Origin: Octopus bimaculoides
Taxonomy: Eukaryota
Direction: 5' to 3'
Length of the DNA stretch: 64,000 bases
Assembly (NCBI RefSeq): GCF_001194135.2
Contig: NC_068990.1
Span: forward strand, 37,525,417-37,589,416
The notes beneath the pieces are model-generated. The model worked only from the letters and a program-made list of their open reading frames with translations, did no database searches and was not told the origin of the DNA. The position numbers and the translations under genes were made by a program. Within the stretch, counting starts at the first letter, position 1, and the number at the start of each line of letters is the position of its first letter. Of this stretch, positions 52,396 to 64,000 are shown piece after piece.

Positions 52396-53183
52396 TTAAA
52401 AAGCTTTGTCTGCTCACACTGGATCATCTATCCTGTTTGGCAACACAACTCAGACAATTCTGTTACCTGATCTTTTGAGTTCAAGTCATCTGATTCACTA
52501 CAGTTCTATTAGTTCAACATATATATTTCATTGATCAGCAAATATGTTAATCTTTGACCCAGATATAACAGTCAGGTAAGTGACTGAAACCATCACCCTA
52601 GGTATGCCCTTTCATGTCTACCAATCTAAGAAGTGATGAGTCAACTAATGGATCTGTAAAGTAGTTGTTTGGCATGCTAGAAATAAGAACTAATCTTTCT
52701 CTCTGAAATTGCACCATGCTGTCTTTGACAGGGATTCATTAAATTACGGAATGCACAATGTCTTTTTTAAGTGGGGTAATCATTGCAACAATTACGTAAG
52801 TCTGTTCAATCAAGTATGATGTGTGTCTAAATAAACACCAAGAACAATCTAGCATCTATTCACAAATCCAGAAAGAGGAGCTTAGCCACTGATAGTTAAA
52901 TGTCTTGACCGAGGATAGAATACGACAGTGATCACAGTAAGGGAACCAGAAAGCCAGGTATTTTGTCATCTGTTACTTTGAATGACATGAATGTGAGTAA
53001 CCTTACTTTACATAACATTAAATCAAACTGCGTAGTTGATGTTACTGTTGTTGTTGTTGTGTAACCTCAAGATAACATTGAGTATTATTGCATATAATTA
53101 TAGCACATTATGGCCAGTTACTGTTTTCTGTAATGCTAGTGATCTTTTAGATCAGTTCTGATCCATCAAAATTATGGCATATA

Positions 53184-54062
53184 CGTATTCTAATCAATAA
53201 GTATCCGGACTGTTGTCATGGCAACGAAACTAAGGCATACAGAGTGAAGTTTCTTGACATAAATTGACCTTGAACTGTTGTGCGTGCACATTAAATTTTA
53301 ACATTCTAGTACACTTCCGCTGTTTACAGCAGTTTTTGGAAGGAAGGTGTGTAGCATGTGTTTGTTGCATTGACCATGACAGAGAAAGTTGAGCAGAGAA
53401 TTTGCATCAAATTTTGCCAAAAGCTTGGTGATACCTGCTCAGAAGCCTACACAAAATTTTCATTGTTCTCAACACAATCAAGATTTTGTGCAACTTAATC
53501 CTGAGTGTCATTTTGGTCAGCTCAAAGCAGTTTTGGAACAAACTTGGCAGACATGGGTCTCATACCCAAATCTTTAGTGATAATAGATTGAACTGGACTG
53601 TAACTAATCTGCACATCCTCTAATAACTCACGGATGGTGATTCAACGATTTTCCTTCACAGTTGCACACACATCTGTGATATTTTTCTCAGTTCTGCTGG
53701 TTGCAGGTCTCCCAGAATGTTTGTCAATATCGACACATTTTCAGCCATCTTGGAAACGTCTAAAACACTCATACACTTATGTGCAAATCATACACACGTT
53801 TCCGTATACTTTCTGCAACTTTGCGTAGGCCTCTGAGCAGGTATCGCCATGACAACTTTCTCTGTCATGGTCAATGCAACGATCACACGTTGCACACATT
53901 AATTCAAAGCACTGCTATAAACAGCCAAAGTGAGCTAAAATGTTAAAACTTAGAGCACATGCACAACAGAGGTCAAGGTCAATTTGTGCCAAGTGGCTTT
54001 ACTCTGCATGCTTTGGGTTTGTTACAATAGCAACAGTCTGGATACTTACTGATCAAACCTCG
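53184..54062. mobile_element. Fold-back mariner derivative made of two left ends in inverted orientation
   Basis: A plus-strand 5' end (TIR, ATG, MTEKVEQRICIKFCQKLGDTCSEAY) spans 53184 to about 53457. A minus-strand 5' end of the same family runs from 54062 down to about 53460 and reaches the SAKFVPKLL motif. TA flanks both outer ends. Confidence 0.85.
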
Positions 54063-54786
54063 TAGGTGTCAGTAAATATTAACCTCATAGGTTATTATAA
54101 CTGTATTGCCTCAGGCCAGCTCTGGTCCAGTAGAATTTTTTCTTTTCTTTTATCCTATATAATATATCCTTGATACAGGCATAGCTTTGCAGTTATGAAC
54201 TTTACTTCTTGATTACATGGGCACAAATTCAGTTGCACTCTGTACACTATAGACATATGACTTGTACTGAAATCCTAGGTCAACCAGAGGTTTGTGAGTG
54301 AATTCAGATGCTGGAACTAAATATATATATATATATATATATANNNNNNNNNNNNNNNNNNNNNNNNNNNNNNNNNNNNNNNNNNNNNNNNNNNNNNNNN
54401 NNNNNNNNNNNNNNNNNNNNNNNNNNNNNNNNNNNNNNNNNNNNNNNNNNNNNNNNNNNNNNNNNNNNNNNNNNNNNNNNNNNNNNNNNNNNNNNNNNNN
54501 NNNNNNNNNNNNNNNNNNNNNNNNNNNNNNNNNNNNNNNNNNNNNNNNNNNNNNNNNNNNNNNNNNNNNNNNNNNNNNNNNNNNNNNNNNNNNNNNNNNN
54601 NNNNNNNNNNNNNNNNNNNNNNNNNNNNNNNNNNNNNNNNNNNNNNNNNNNNNNNNNNNNNNNNNNNNNNNNNNNNNNNNNNNNNNNNNNNNNNNNNNNN
54701 NNNNNNNNNNNNNNNNNNNNNNNNNNNNNNNNNNNNNNNNNNNNNNNNNNNNNNNNNNNNNNNNNNNNNNNNNNNNNNNNNNNNNN

Positions 54787-55078
54787 NTATACCGCTAAGT
54801 TATGGGTAGGTAAATGCTCCAACGTCAGTTGTCAAGCAACGGTGATGAGACAAACATAGACACAAAGACACACAAACGTAAATATATATATATATATATA
54901 TAATGATAGATAGATATATATACAATGGGCTTCTTTCAGTTTCCATCTACCAAATCCACTCACAAAGCTTTGTTCAGTTTGAGGCTATAGTAGAAGACAC
55001 TTGCCCAATGTGCTATGCAGTGGGCTTGAACCTGGAACAATGTGATTGTGAAGTAATCTTTCTTACCACACAGCACCT
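54787..55078 (-). mobile_element. SINE family A copy (3' part in the gap)
   Basis: Reverse complement of 24148-24420. Confidence 0.8.
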
Positions 55079-56063
55079 AAATACATATATATATATAACC
55101 TACCCGGGAGGGTCAGCTTGCAAATATGGCAAAATATTACCTTGCTTGGTAACAGGTGTGAGAAGAGGGCCATAGAAAATTCCTTCTGGTTCATGCAAAC
55201 ACAGAAAAGTAGACATTAAAATGATGTTGATATCAAGGAGGGGGGAGAAGGTTAGGTGGAAGAGGGGGGAGGAGAAGGGAAGGGAGAGGATGGCCAATAG
55301 GATATTTTCAGTAAAGTGTTCTAGTAAAGTGTTCTCTTAAGGGAGAACACTTTACTTGGAACTGAGGAAGAATCAGCTGTTATGTCAAGAGTGTCACATA
55401 CCATGTTGAAGCAACACACTTAAGCCTGACATGGTGAAATACTGCAATGAACTCAAAAGAAATACTATGTAAATGAAGCACAGTAAACAATTGAAACTTA
55501 GGTGATATCTATAAAAACAGACTATATTATTATCCTGTATAATAGACGGGTGGGTATATATTTACAGTATATAGAGGTATTAGGTAATCTGGGGTAAGAT
55601 TAAGGGTAATGTGGAGTGTTGCTTTCATAGATCACATCAGGGTAAATTTGAGGCGGGGTGAGTCTCATGGAATTGAATGGAAACAAAGATAGGGTAGCCT
55701 CATTTGAGTTTAACATGCAATTTATCAATTTCTTAAAGAGGTCTTTTTTACCCGCATCATAATACACATCTACATTGTAATACTAGAAAAAACACACACA
55801 TACATACTATTACAAACATAATTATAGACATATATATAAAAGGCTTTTCTTTATCTCCTTTTTTTTAAAAAAAATCCAATAATAGGATTTCACCCTGTTA
55901 TTTCACTAATAACATTTACAATTATCTATCTATCTATCAAATCTCCACATACCTATATACATACATTCATAAAATCATAAAATGTGTGTGTGTGCATAGT
56001 TGATATAAATATACATGCGTGTGTGTGTGTGTGTATATATATATATATGTAGAGAGAGAGATG

Positions 56064-56148
<85 letters not shown>

Positions 56149-56409
56149 ACAAATATTTATGCATGTATGTATGTATATATAAATGTATATGTATGTGTAT
56201 GTATGTGTGTGTGTGTTCATTTATCAGTCTATTTATCTAAATATCTATTTATTCATTTATTTTATCATGTTATTATGTCCTTCAGCCCTTCAACTGCAAA
56301 ATGTACACTACTGTTAAAAATATACCTACATACACTCTCATATACACACACAAAAATGAACACACTCATATTCATACATACATACAAACACACACACACA
56401 CACACACAC

Positions 56410-56454
<45 letters not shown>

Positions 56455-56817
56455 TAAATACATATATAGTTTTTTTTCTTGCTTTTGCTTTGTGTTCTGG
56501 AAATTTTTTTAAGTGTTTGGGAGGGGACATTTTATAATATTAGTGTACAGTCAGACATAAATACCTTTATATAGATAAATAAAATCGATTGTATTGATAT
56601 GATTAAACTCTTCAAAAACGGAACATAAAATAAAACTTTAACATTAATAAAAAAAAGAAAATTTCAACAACAAAAATAACAAAAAGAACAAATGATAGCA
56701 TCTCAAATTCCAACATTTTTTATGCATATATTCATGTACATACATGTATGTTTATACATGTGTGTATATACATACACATACATATATATAAATATATATA
56801 TATGTGAATGTATGTGC

Positions 56818-56883
<66 letters not shown>

Positions 56884-57350
56884 CAATAACTGATTCTTTG
56901 ACACTGTATGCTGACACCCCCGCCCCAGAACATACAGACATCATAACTCCAGAGCCTTAAAGCTAAGCTAATCGCTANNNNNNNNNNNNNNNNNNNNNNN
57001 NNNNNNNNNNNNNNNNNNNNNNNNNNNNNNNNNNNNNNNNNNNNNNNNNNNNNNNNNNNNNNNNNNNNNNNNNNNNNNNNNNNNNNNNNNNNNNNNNNNN
57101 NNNNNNNNNNNNNNNNNNNNNNNNNNNNNNNNNNNNNNNNNNNNNNNNNNNNNNNNNNNNNNNNNNNNNNNNNNNNNNNNNNNNNNNNNNNNNNNNNNNN
57201 NNNNNNNNNNNNNNNNNNNNNNNNNNNNNNNNNNNNNNNNNNNNNNNNNNNNNNNNNNNNNNNNNNNNNNNNNNNNNNNNNNNNNNNNNNNNNNNNNNNN
57301 NNNNNNNNNNNNNNNNNNNNNNNNNNNNNNNNNNNNNNNNNNNNNNNNNN

Positions 57351-57402
<52 letters not shown>

Positions 57403-57432
57403 CATATATATGTATATATATCATGTATATGT

Positions 57433-57469
<37 letters not shown>

Positions 57470-58270
57470 CTTATAAGTATATGTGCTTTTTGTATACACA
57501 CACATACATATATATCTTGTATACTAGCTCTAGCAGAAACATTCACATATATATTCACACGCATGCATACACACAGGCTTGCCCTACCCACCCTGCCACA
57601 CAACACTATTGATCTTTTTAAAATGTAATAAATCAAACCAATGAAATTTCCCATCATTCAAATTTCCTAAAGATCGATGATAAGAATAAAAAAATATAGC
57701 CTAAAAATAAAAATATGTATGCACATACACGCACACATATATATATATACATATATATAAACATGGATATATACATTTATTTATTCATCTGTACCCACAC
57801 ATATCTATATACACATCTAAATTCACAAAATATATATATACAAAATATATATTAAAAACTGAAGAAATGAATAGAAAACTAAATATATAAAAATGTATGA
57901 ATATATAAATTTCAATATGATAAAATTTTATTTGCCAGCCAATAAAAATTACTTTGTATTTGCAAATTTATCTATTTTCTTCTTAATTTCCCTTTACCGG
58001 GTGGGTTAGGGGAAATATTTTATTTTATTATACTTTATTATTTTCTTTCAATTTATATACTTATATATAATGATATTTTATTTTTATTTCACTCTCCCTT
58101 CTCTGTCTTTTCATTTTTTTTTTATTGAAAACGACACTGTATGAAAAAGTAAAAGAAGAAAAAAAATGTGTAGAAAAAATTAAATTACAATAGACAAATA
58201 TAGAGATGAGGCCATTTATCCTACATGTACGTGTATGTCTTTAAATACACATATAATTATGTGTATATAC

Positions 58271-59162
58271 NNNNNNNNNNNNNNNNNNNNNNNNNNNNNN
58301 NNNNNNNNNNNNNNNNNNNNNNNNNNNNNNNNNNNNNNNNNNNNNNNNNNNNNNNNNNNNNNNNNNNNNNNNNNNNNNNNNNNNNNNNNNNNNNNNNNNN
58401 NNNNNNNNNNNNNNNNNNNNNNNNNNNNNNNNNNNNNNNNNNNNNNNNNNNNNNNNNNNNNNNNNNNNNNNNNNNNNNNNNNNNNNNNNNNNNNNNNNNN
58501 NNNNNNNNNNNNNNNNNNNNNNNNNNNNNNNNNNNNNNNNNNNNNNNNNNNNNNNNNNNNNNNNNNNNNNNNNNNNNNNNNNNNNNNNNNNNNNNNNNNN
58601 NNNNNNNNNNNNNNNNNNNNNNNNNNNNNNNNNNNNNNNNNNNNNNNNNNNNNNNNNNNNNNNNNNNNNNNNNNNNNNNNNNNNNNNNNNNNNNNNNNNN
58701 NNNNNNNNNNNNNNNNNNNNNNNNNNNNNNNNNNNNNNNNNNNNNNNNNNNNNNNNNNNNNNNNNNNNNNNNNNNNNNNNNNNNNNNNNNNNNNNNNNNN
58801 NNNNNNNNNNNNNNNNNNNNNNNNNNNNNNNNNNNNNNNNNNNNNNNNNNNNNNNNNNNNNNNNNNNNNNNNNNNNNNNNNNNNNNNNNNNNNNNNNNNN
58901 NNNNNNNNNNNNNNNNNNNNNNNNNNNNNNNNNNNNNNNNNNNNNNNNNNNNNNNNNNNNNNNNNNNNNNNNNNNNNNNNNNNNNNNNNNNNNNNNNNNN
59001 NNNNNNNNNNNNNNNNNNNNNNNNNNNNNNNNNNNNNNNNNNNNNNNNNNNNNNNNNNNNNNNNNNNNNNNNNNNNNNNNNNNNNNNNNNNNNNNNNNNN
59101 NNNNNNNNNNNNNNNNNNNNNNNNNNNNNNNNNNNNNNNNNNNNNNNNNNNNNNNNNNNNNN
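58271..59162. other. Largest assembly gap (892 N); many smaller gaps occur throughout
   Basis: Run of N, flanked by TA-rich repeats. Confidence 1.
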
Positions 59163-59198
<36 letters not shown>

Positions 59199-61464
59199 CA
59201 TGCCCACACATGCATACATACACATATATACATATTTATATATGAATGTATGTGTATGCATTTGTATGTACCTATTGTATCTATCTATTTGTGCATATAT
59301 ATATATATTTATATATACTTATTTACATAAATATAGACCCTCTTTTAAAATACATTTACATGCACATGCATGCACGTATTATGTAAGTGTGCATGCATGC
59401 ATAAATAGTAACACATTTGAAGATACGGATTAATACATTGCATATATTTGAACTCACTGAAAAATATAAATCTATATAAGGTGCACACACATACACACGC
59501 ATGCCTATATATTTGTGGATATATGCTTGTATTTGTATGTGTGTATAAATATGCATGCAAGCATACACACATATATCAAATTATGTATGAATTATTTAAT
59601 GTTGAAATTTTGCTGGTATTCTTTAATATTGTTATATGTGATAACTTCATTTTATACAATACATTATTATTGTCAATGCAAGAACACAGCTAGACACTAA
59701 TTGGGGAAGTTTATTCCTTTTACTTTAATTACCCCCACCCCACCCAAGTATCTTAGTGTAGTACTATCTCAAAGATATTCATTCTGTTTTCTTTAGAAAT
59801 ATAAGTTCACCATTGTTCAGGCTTGGCCATATATCTAGAGAATTGTCCATAGTACAGACCAAGCCAAGTTATTTGTTTGTAACTGAAGTCCAGTCATTGC
59901 CATTGCAACAAATCTTTAGTCTCCATGCCACAGGTGTAATCCAAATGAAAGGTGAAAGCTAACACAATTTGGCACTAGTGTTGTTGCATATAAACTCAGA
60001 ATGTAAGGGGTTGAGACACAAGATGTAAAACACTTTATCAAACACTTCGAAAAAAAATTCCACCAAATTGCTACTTTCAGTTTGTACTTTATTTCATCAA
60101 CCAATCCCAAGTCTGCACAGGCAATGATTACGGTTCCTACTCTAAATTAATACAATAAAATTAATTTAAATTATTTTTAAAAATCAAGTCAGGGTTGAGT
60201 TAGGGCTAAGCAAAAAGATCAACTACAATGACCACAACTTTTCTTCATATTGGAACATATGTTGGTCAAAGTTGTCTATGCCTCTGCACAAATATGTGCC
60301 GGCTTGGATAAAATATTTTGAGGATGGCTAGCAATTACCCATTGCATGTAAATTTCCCCTCTCTCTACTACTGATTTATATAGAGTGGGAAAGGCTGCTT
60401 ACGTGGCTTACGGCTTGACACCAGAATCATTGCAGTTGTCACCAGAACATATACCACATATCTTGCCCAACACACTACCTATTTGTCAACCCACTGTCCT
60501 GGTTTGATACTTTTTTTATCAATCCTAAAAGGAAAGGCGAAGTTAACCTTGGTGGGATTTGAGTAAAGATTGCAGACTGTAAGAATGAATATTGTGAGGT
60601 ATTCTATTTCATGCTCTAATGACTCTACAAGTTCTCCACATTTTCTTCATAAGACATATAACACTGTAACTTTTATAGACCATTGTTTAATGGTCAATAT
60701 CTCTTCAAAGATGAAAGATAGACAAACTGCCTTGAAATATTAACTTTCTGAGTTCAAATCCTTCCTGAGTTGACTTAACCTTCCATCTTTTCAAGAATTC
60801 ATACAATCTGGGTCAGTCAAATACTGTGACAGAATTTACCAACAGCATCTCCTCTCCTAGAACATATGTCTAGATAAGAAATAACTTTTTATACATACAC
60901 TGCTTTTCAATTGTTCCTTTTTTGTTTTTAACTTTTGTTTTCTTTATTTTGGGGTTTGGTCAGAAAAAAGGAGCTGTGACCATTTCATCAAAACAGGTCA
61001 GATTGGTGTGGATTATGCTCTTCAGACATAGCTACTATTTGATGGCTGTAATATAGATATGAGCATAGAGTGAATTCCTGGTGGATGACATTCTAGGATG
61101 GAAAGTCTGAGTAAAATGGTTAGAGCAGGCCTTATAAAAGAAGGAAGGAGTCACTATGTTAACATATATTTTCAAAAATAAATTTATTTAAAATTGTCAT
61201 AAATTCTTTCACAGTGTAATTCTGATGAATATGAAATTGAAGTTATACAAATTCATAATTGTTCAAGGTTATTATAATAACTCTATATAGCAAAAATATG
61301 TGAAGGAGATGAGTTAAAATGCATGCATTATAGAAAATAAAACCTATTCTAATCAAAATTTAAGAAAAATTCAAGTGGTGTTTGCTATGATTATTGACTG
61401 TTCCTATAGTATTATAGTATGGATGATTGTCTGTATATCACCACAAATTGTAAAGGGTTAGTAT

Positions 61465-61960
61465 ATGTTGAAATGTAAGTATCATTATGTCAATTATTGT
61501 ATATTTCTGGTTGACTTGAAGCTCTCTGCAAAGAAAATATCGAATAGGAATTTTAATATAAACTATACAAGGAGGTTTGCTGAAAATATTGGAAAGGAAT
61601 TTGGAATTAAGATGTGTGGAGTCTTGAAAGTAAAAGGGAAAAAAAAAATGTTAGAAAGTAATGGGTTATATTTATGTTATGAGGAAGACATAAAACTATC
61701 AGGCATTGAGTGCTATAAATACTTCAGCATGAGAGAATTAGATAAGATAAAGGAAACCTGTATGAAACAATATTTAGGAAGGATTACTTCCGGCTAAGCT
61801 AAATGTGAGAAATATGATTTTGGTTTTTAACACGTATTTCATATTTCTTTTTTAGTTATAGTGGGGGAATCTTAAAATGGAGAAATAAAAAGAAAATTGT
61901 TAGTTTTGATAGGAAGACTAAAAAGGCTGCAACTAAATATGGAGTATTGAAAGACATATA
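61465..61960 (+). pseudogene. R4/Dong-like LINE RT C-terminal remnant
   Basis: IFLVDLKLSAK...FAENIGKEFGIKMCGVL...YKYFSMRELD and FSYSGGILKW...FDRKTKK match the LFMDDLKLYAK / DIGMEFGxxKC / YKYLG / LDRKTRK pattern. Confidence 0.7.
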
Positions 61961-63229
61961 CAGTGGTGTTAATATGATGTAGGTATCTTGTATAAAAGGA
62001 GAAGAGAGAATACTAATTATTTTTGAAGCATTTAAATGTTGAGTAAAGAAATTAGCACCACAGGATTTGTAAGAAAGGTGTCAGTAACAATGTCAGAAAG
62101 ACGTGATGAATCATTGAAGTATTAAGGTAAAAGCTGTATGGTGCCAGAAGAATTCAGTATAAGATCAAAAGTGAATTTGGAAACAAAACACACTGTATGA
62201 CAAGTTATTGTTTAACTGCATATCACTACTGATTGAATAGACTCAGTGTTAAAAATGTTACAATATATGCCATCCTGCATTTGATAACCAATGTGCTCCT
62301 CTTTTTTTGTTGAGATGCTGGAGTATATTTTGAGTGTGATGTCATAATAGCTATTTCTAACAGGTTAGATGACCATGTAGAAGTTCCTTTTATTTGTTCA
62401 GAGAGATGGCTGGAAATGTTAAGATTTTAAAATTACAATCAGTCTTAACAGAATCCTTTTAGAGGCTAAATCAGAGAACAAATGCTATTAGCTATGATTT
62501 TTCGCAGAAAATCTGAAATTAATGGGAAGCAGGAAGTCATAATCAAACTGCAGGCCTGACCTGAACACCTGTAATGGTGGGAACGTCACTAAAGTACCCA
62601 AGGACAAATTAGTGGGGTTGAACTAATGGCAGATTAATTCTACTCAAACTATGTGATTCCAGGCAGTTTTTTTTCTCTACCCACTCTCACAAGTAAAATT
62701 TGGTTTTGTCTAGGACTGTAGTGTAAGGAACTTATTCAGTGTGTCACAGAACAGAAGGAAGATTGAGATTACTACCAAGTGATTGTAAATCAAATTTCTT
62801 AACAACACAGCCATACCTCATTTTGGCACATATATTTCAAACACAGAAAGATGAACCAACAAGAGCACCTCTATATCGTTGATCATTCAGTTTGCAATCC
62901 TACTATCTTAAAAAAGTAAGTTAGAAGGTACCATACAAGTTCTCTCCACACAAGGAAAAGACAGAATGGTAACAGCTAGAAAATCTTTGACCATAAATTT
63001 GCCCTCATCAGAGCTGACCTGGGGTTAGGCAATAACAAACAACGACAATACTTGAAGAGTTTAAAAAGAAAATTACTGCAGAATTCTGAAGTTTCAGAAA
63101 TACATATTGTAGCTGACTAACTTTCAATTATACTCTGAATCACTTAAGGTGTCTAGGCAGCAAGTTGCCTATAAGGATAAATTCAGCTACCTATGCTTCT
63201 ATGTTATCAGATGTTTTAGAACCATCAAT

Positions 63230-63685
63230 TGCTAAATTGCATCCAGGAGTGTCAAAAAAACAGTGTTATCTTTCAACAGGACAACATTCCATGTCATAGG
63301 CAAAGAATACTCATCAATGTTCGAGACACAAGGTATTGTTCCCACGGACTGTCCAGCTCAAAGTCCCAATATAAATCTAATTGAACACCTATGGGGAACT
63401 CTTGGTGAAGCTATCAGGAACACAACAATTGAAAATAAAGAACGTTTGTACCAAATGTTAAGAGAGGAATGGAGTAAAATTGCACCTAGCACCCGCAAGA
63501 AACTAGTTGATTCAATGCCTAACCGTATAAAAGCTGTATTTGATGCTAAAGGAGGGTCAGCCACATATTAAAACTAATCTATATTGCGACATATACCATA
63601 ATCTACCATGTGCACAAGTTTCATTAACATTGAAATAGCAGAACCCCAAAATATTGGGGTGGCCTAATACTTTTGGCCAAGGCTG
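63230..63685 (+). mobile_element. Tc1 (DD34E) 3' fragment with right TIR
   Basis: IFQQDNIPCH...CPAQSPNINLIEHLWGTL...LVDSMPNRIKAVFDAKGGSATY*, ending in CCTAATACTTTTGGCCAAGGCTG-TA. Confidence 0.9.
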
Positions 63686-64000
63686 TACACCTATCATTTT
63701 TAAGCATTCTTTGAACTAGCAATGACAAATTTTATAGTAAGACTTTTTTTCTCATAAAATTCTGCTATTGCCAGATTTTTAACCAAACTTCTTAGAATAC
63801 TGTAGAAGTAATTCATCCGTATTTGATTGGTACCTTGTTTTGCCACGTTTTCTGTTATAAACCTTCTGCATTAATGATTACATATTTTTAGTTATATATG
63901 TATGTATTTGATCCCTCCTGCAAAGTACTTTCGCAACCAATACAAACATATATTATACAGCCTTTAGGTTCTTCAAATGGAATTTCTTATATCTCCTCTC

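Noticed and set aside
2524-59433. Long ORFs in the supplied track (YIYIYI, THTHTH, poly-I/poly-D, X-filled)
   Set aside because: They are translations of microsatellites or run through N gaps; no coding signal.
1-64000. CRISPR arrays, rRNA genes, prokaryotic operons, intact transposase or RT genes
   Set aside because: There is no repeat-spacer periodicity, rRNA similarity or long intact ORF. All mobile-element ORFs are truncated or interrupted.

Overview
AT-rich, microsatellite-saturated animal genomic DNA from a gapped assembly; N runs almost always abut (TA)n, (GA)n or (GT)n tracts. The repeat inventory (tRNA-headed SINEs, RTE LINE 3' ends with (GAT)n tails, many Tc1/mariner families) matches what I recall for octopus/cephalopod genomes; this assignment is inference. 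There is no complete protein-coding gene. Nearly all ORFs in the supplied track are microsatellite or gap artefacts, or transposon debris. Host-gene evidence is one convincing minus-strand C2H2 zinc-finger exon (1481-1543) plus a few weak candidate exons, so the window is probably intronic or intergenic. Recognisable elements are at least four SINE families, RTE, CR1-like, L1/Tx1-like, R4/Dong-like (RLE) and Penelope-like retroelement remnants, seven Tc1/mariner pieces and three MITE/hairpin elements. The most striking structure is a 656-bp palindromic element at 13766-14421. It consists of two head-to-head tRNA-derived SINE arms, each carrying a Penelope-type minimal hammerhead ribozyme motif, and the whole unit is flanked by one 12-bp target-site duplication. 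Also notable are a perfect 107-bp inverted duplication inside a decayed LINE (19079-19400) and a fold-back mariner built from two left ends (53184-54062).
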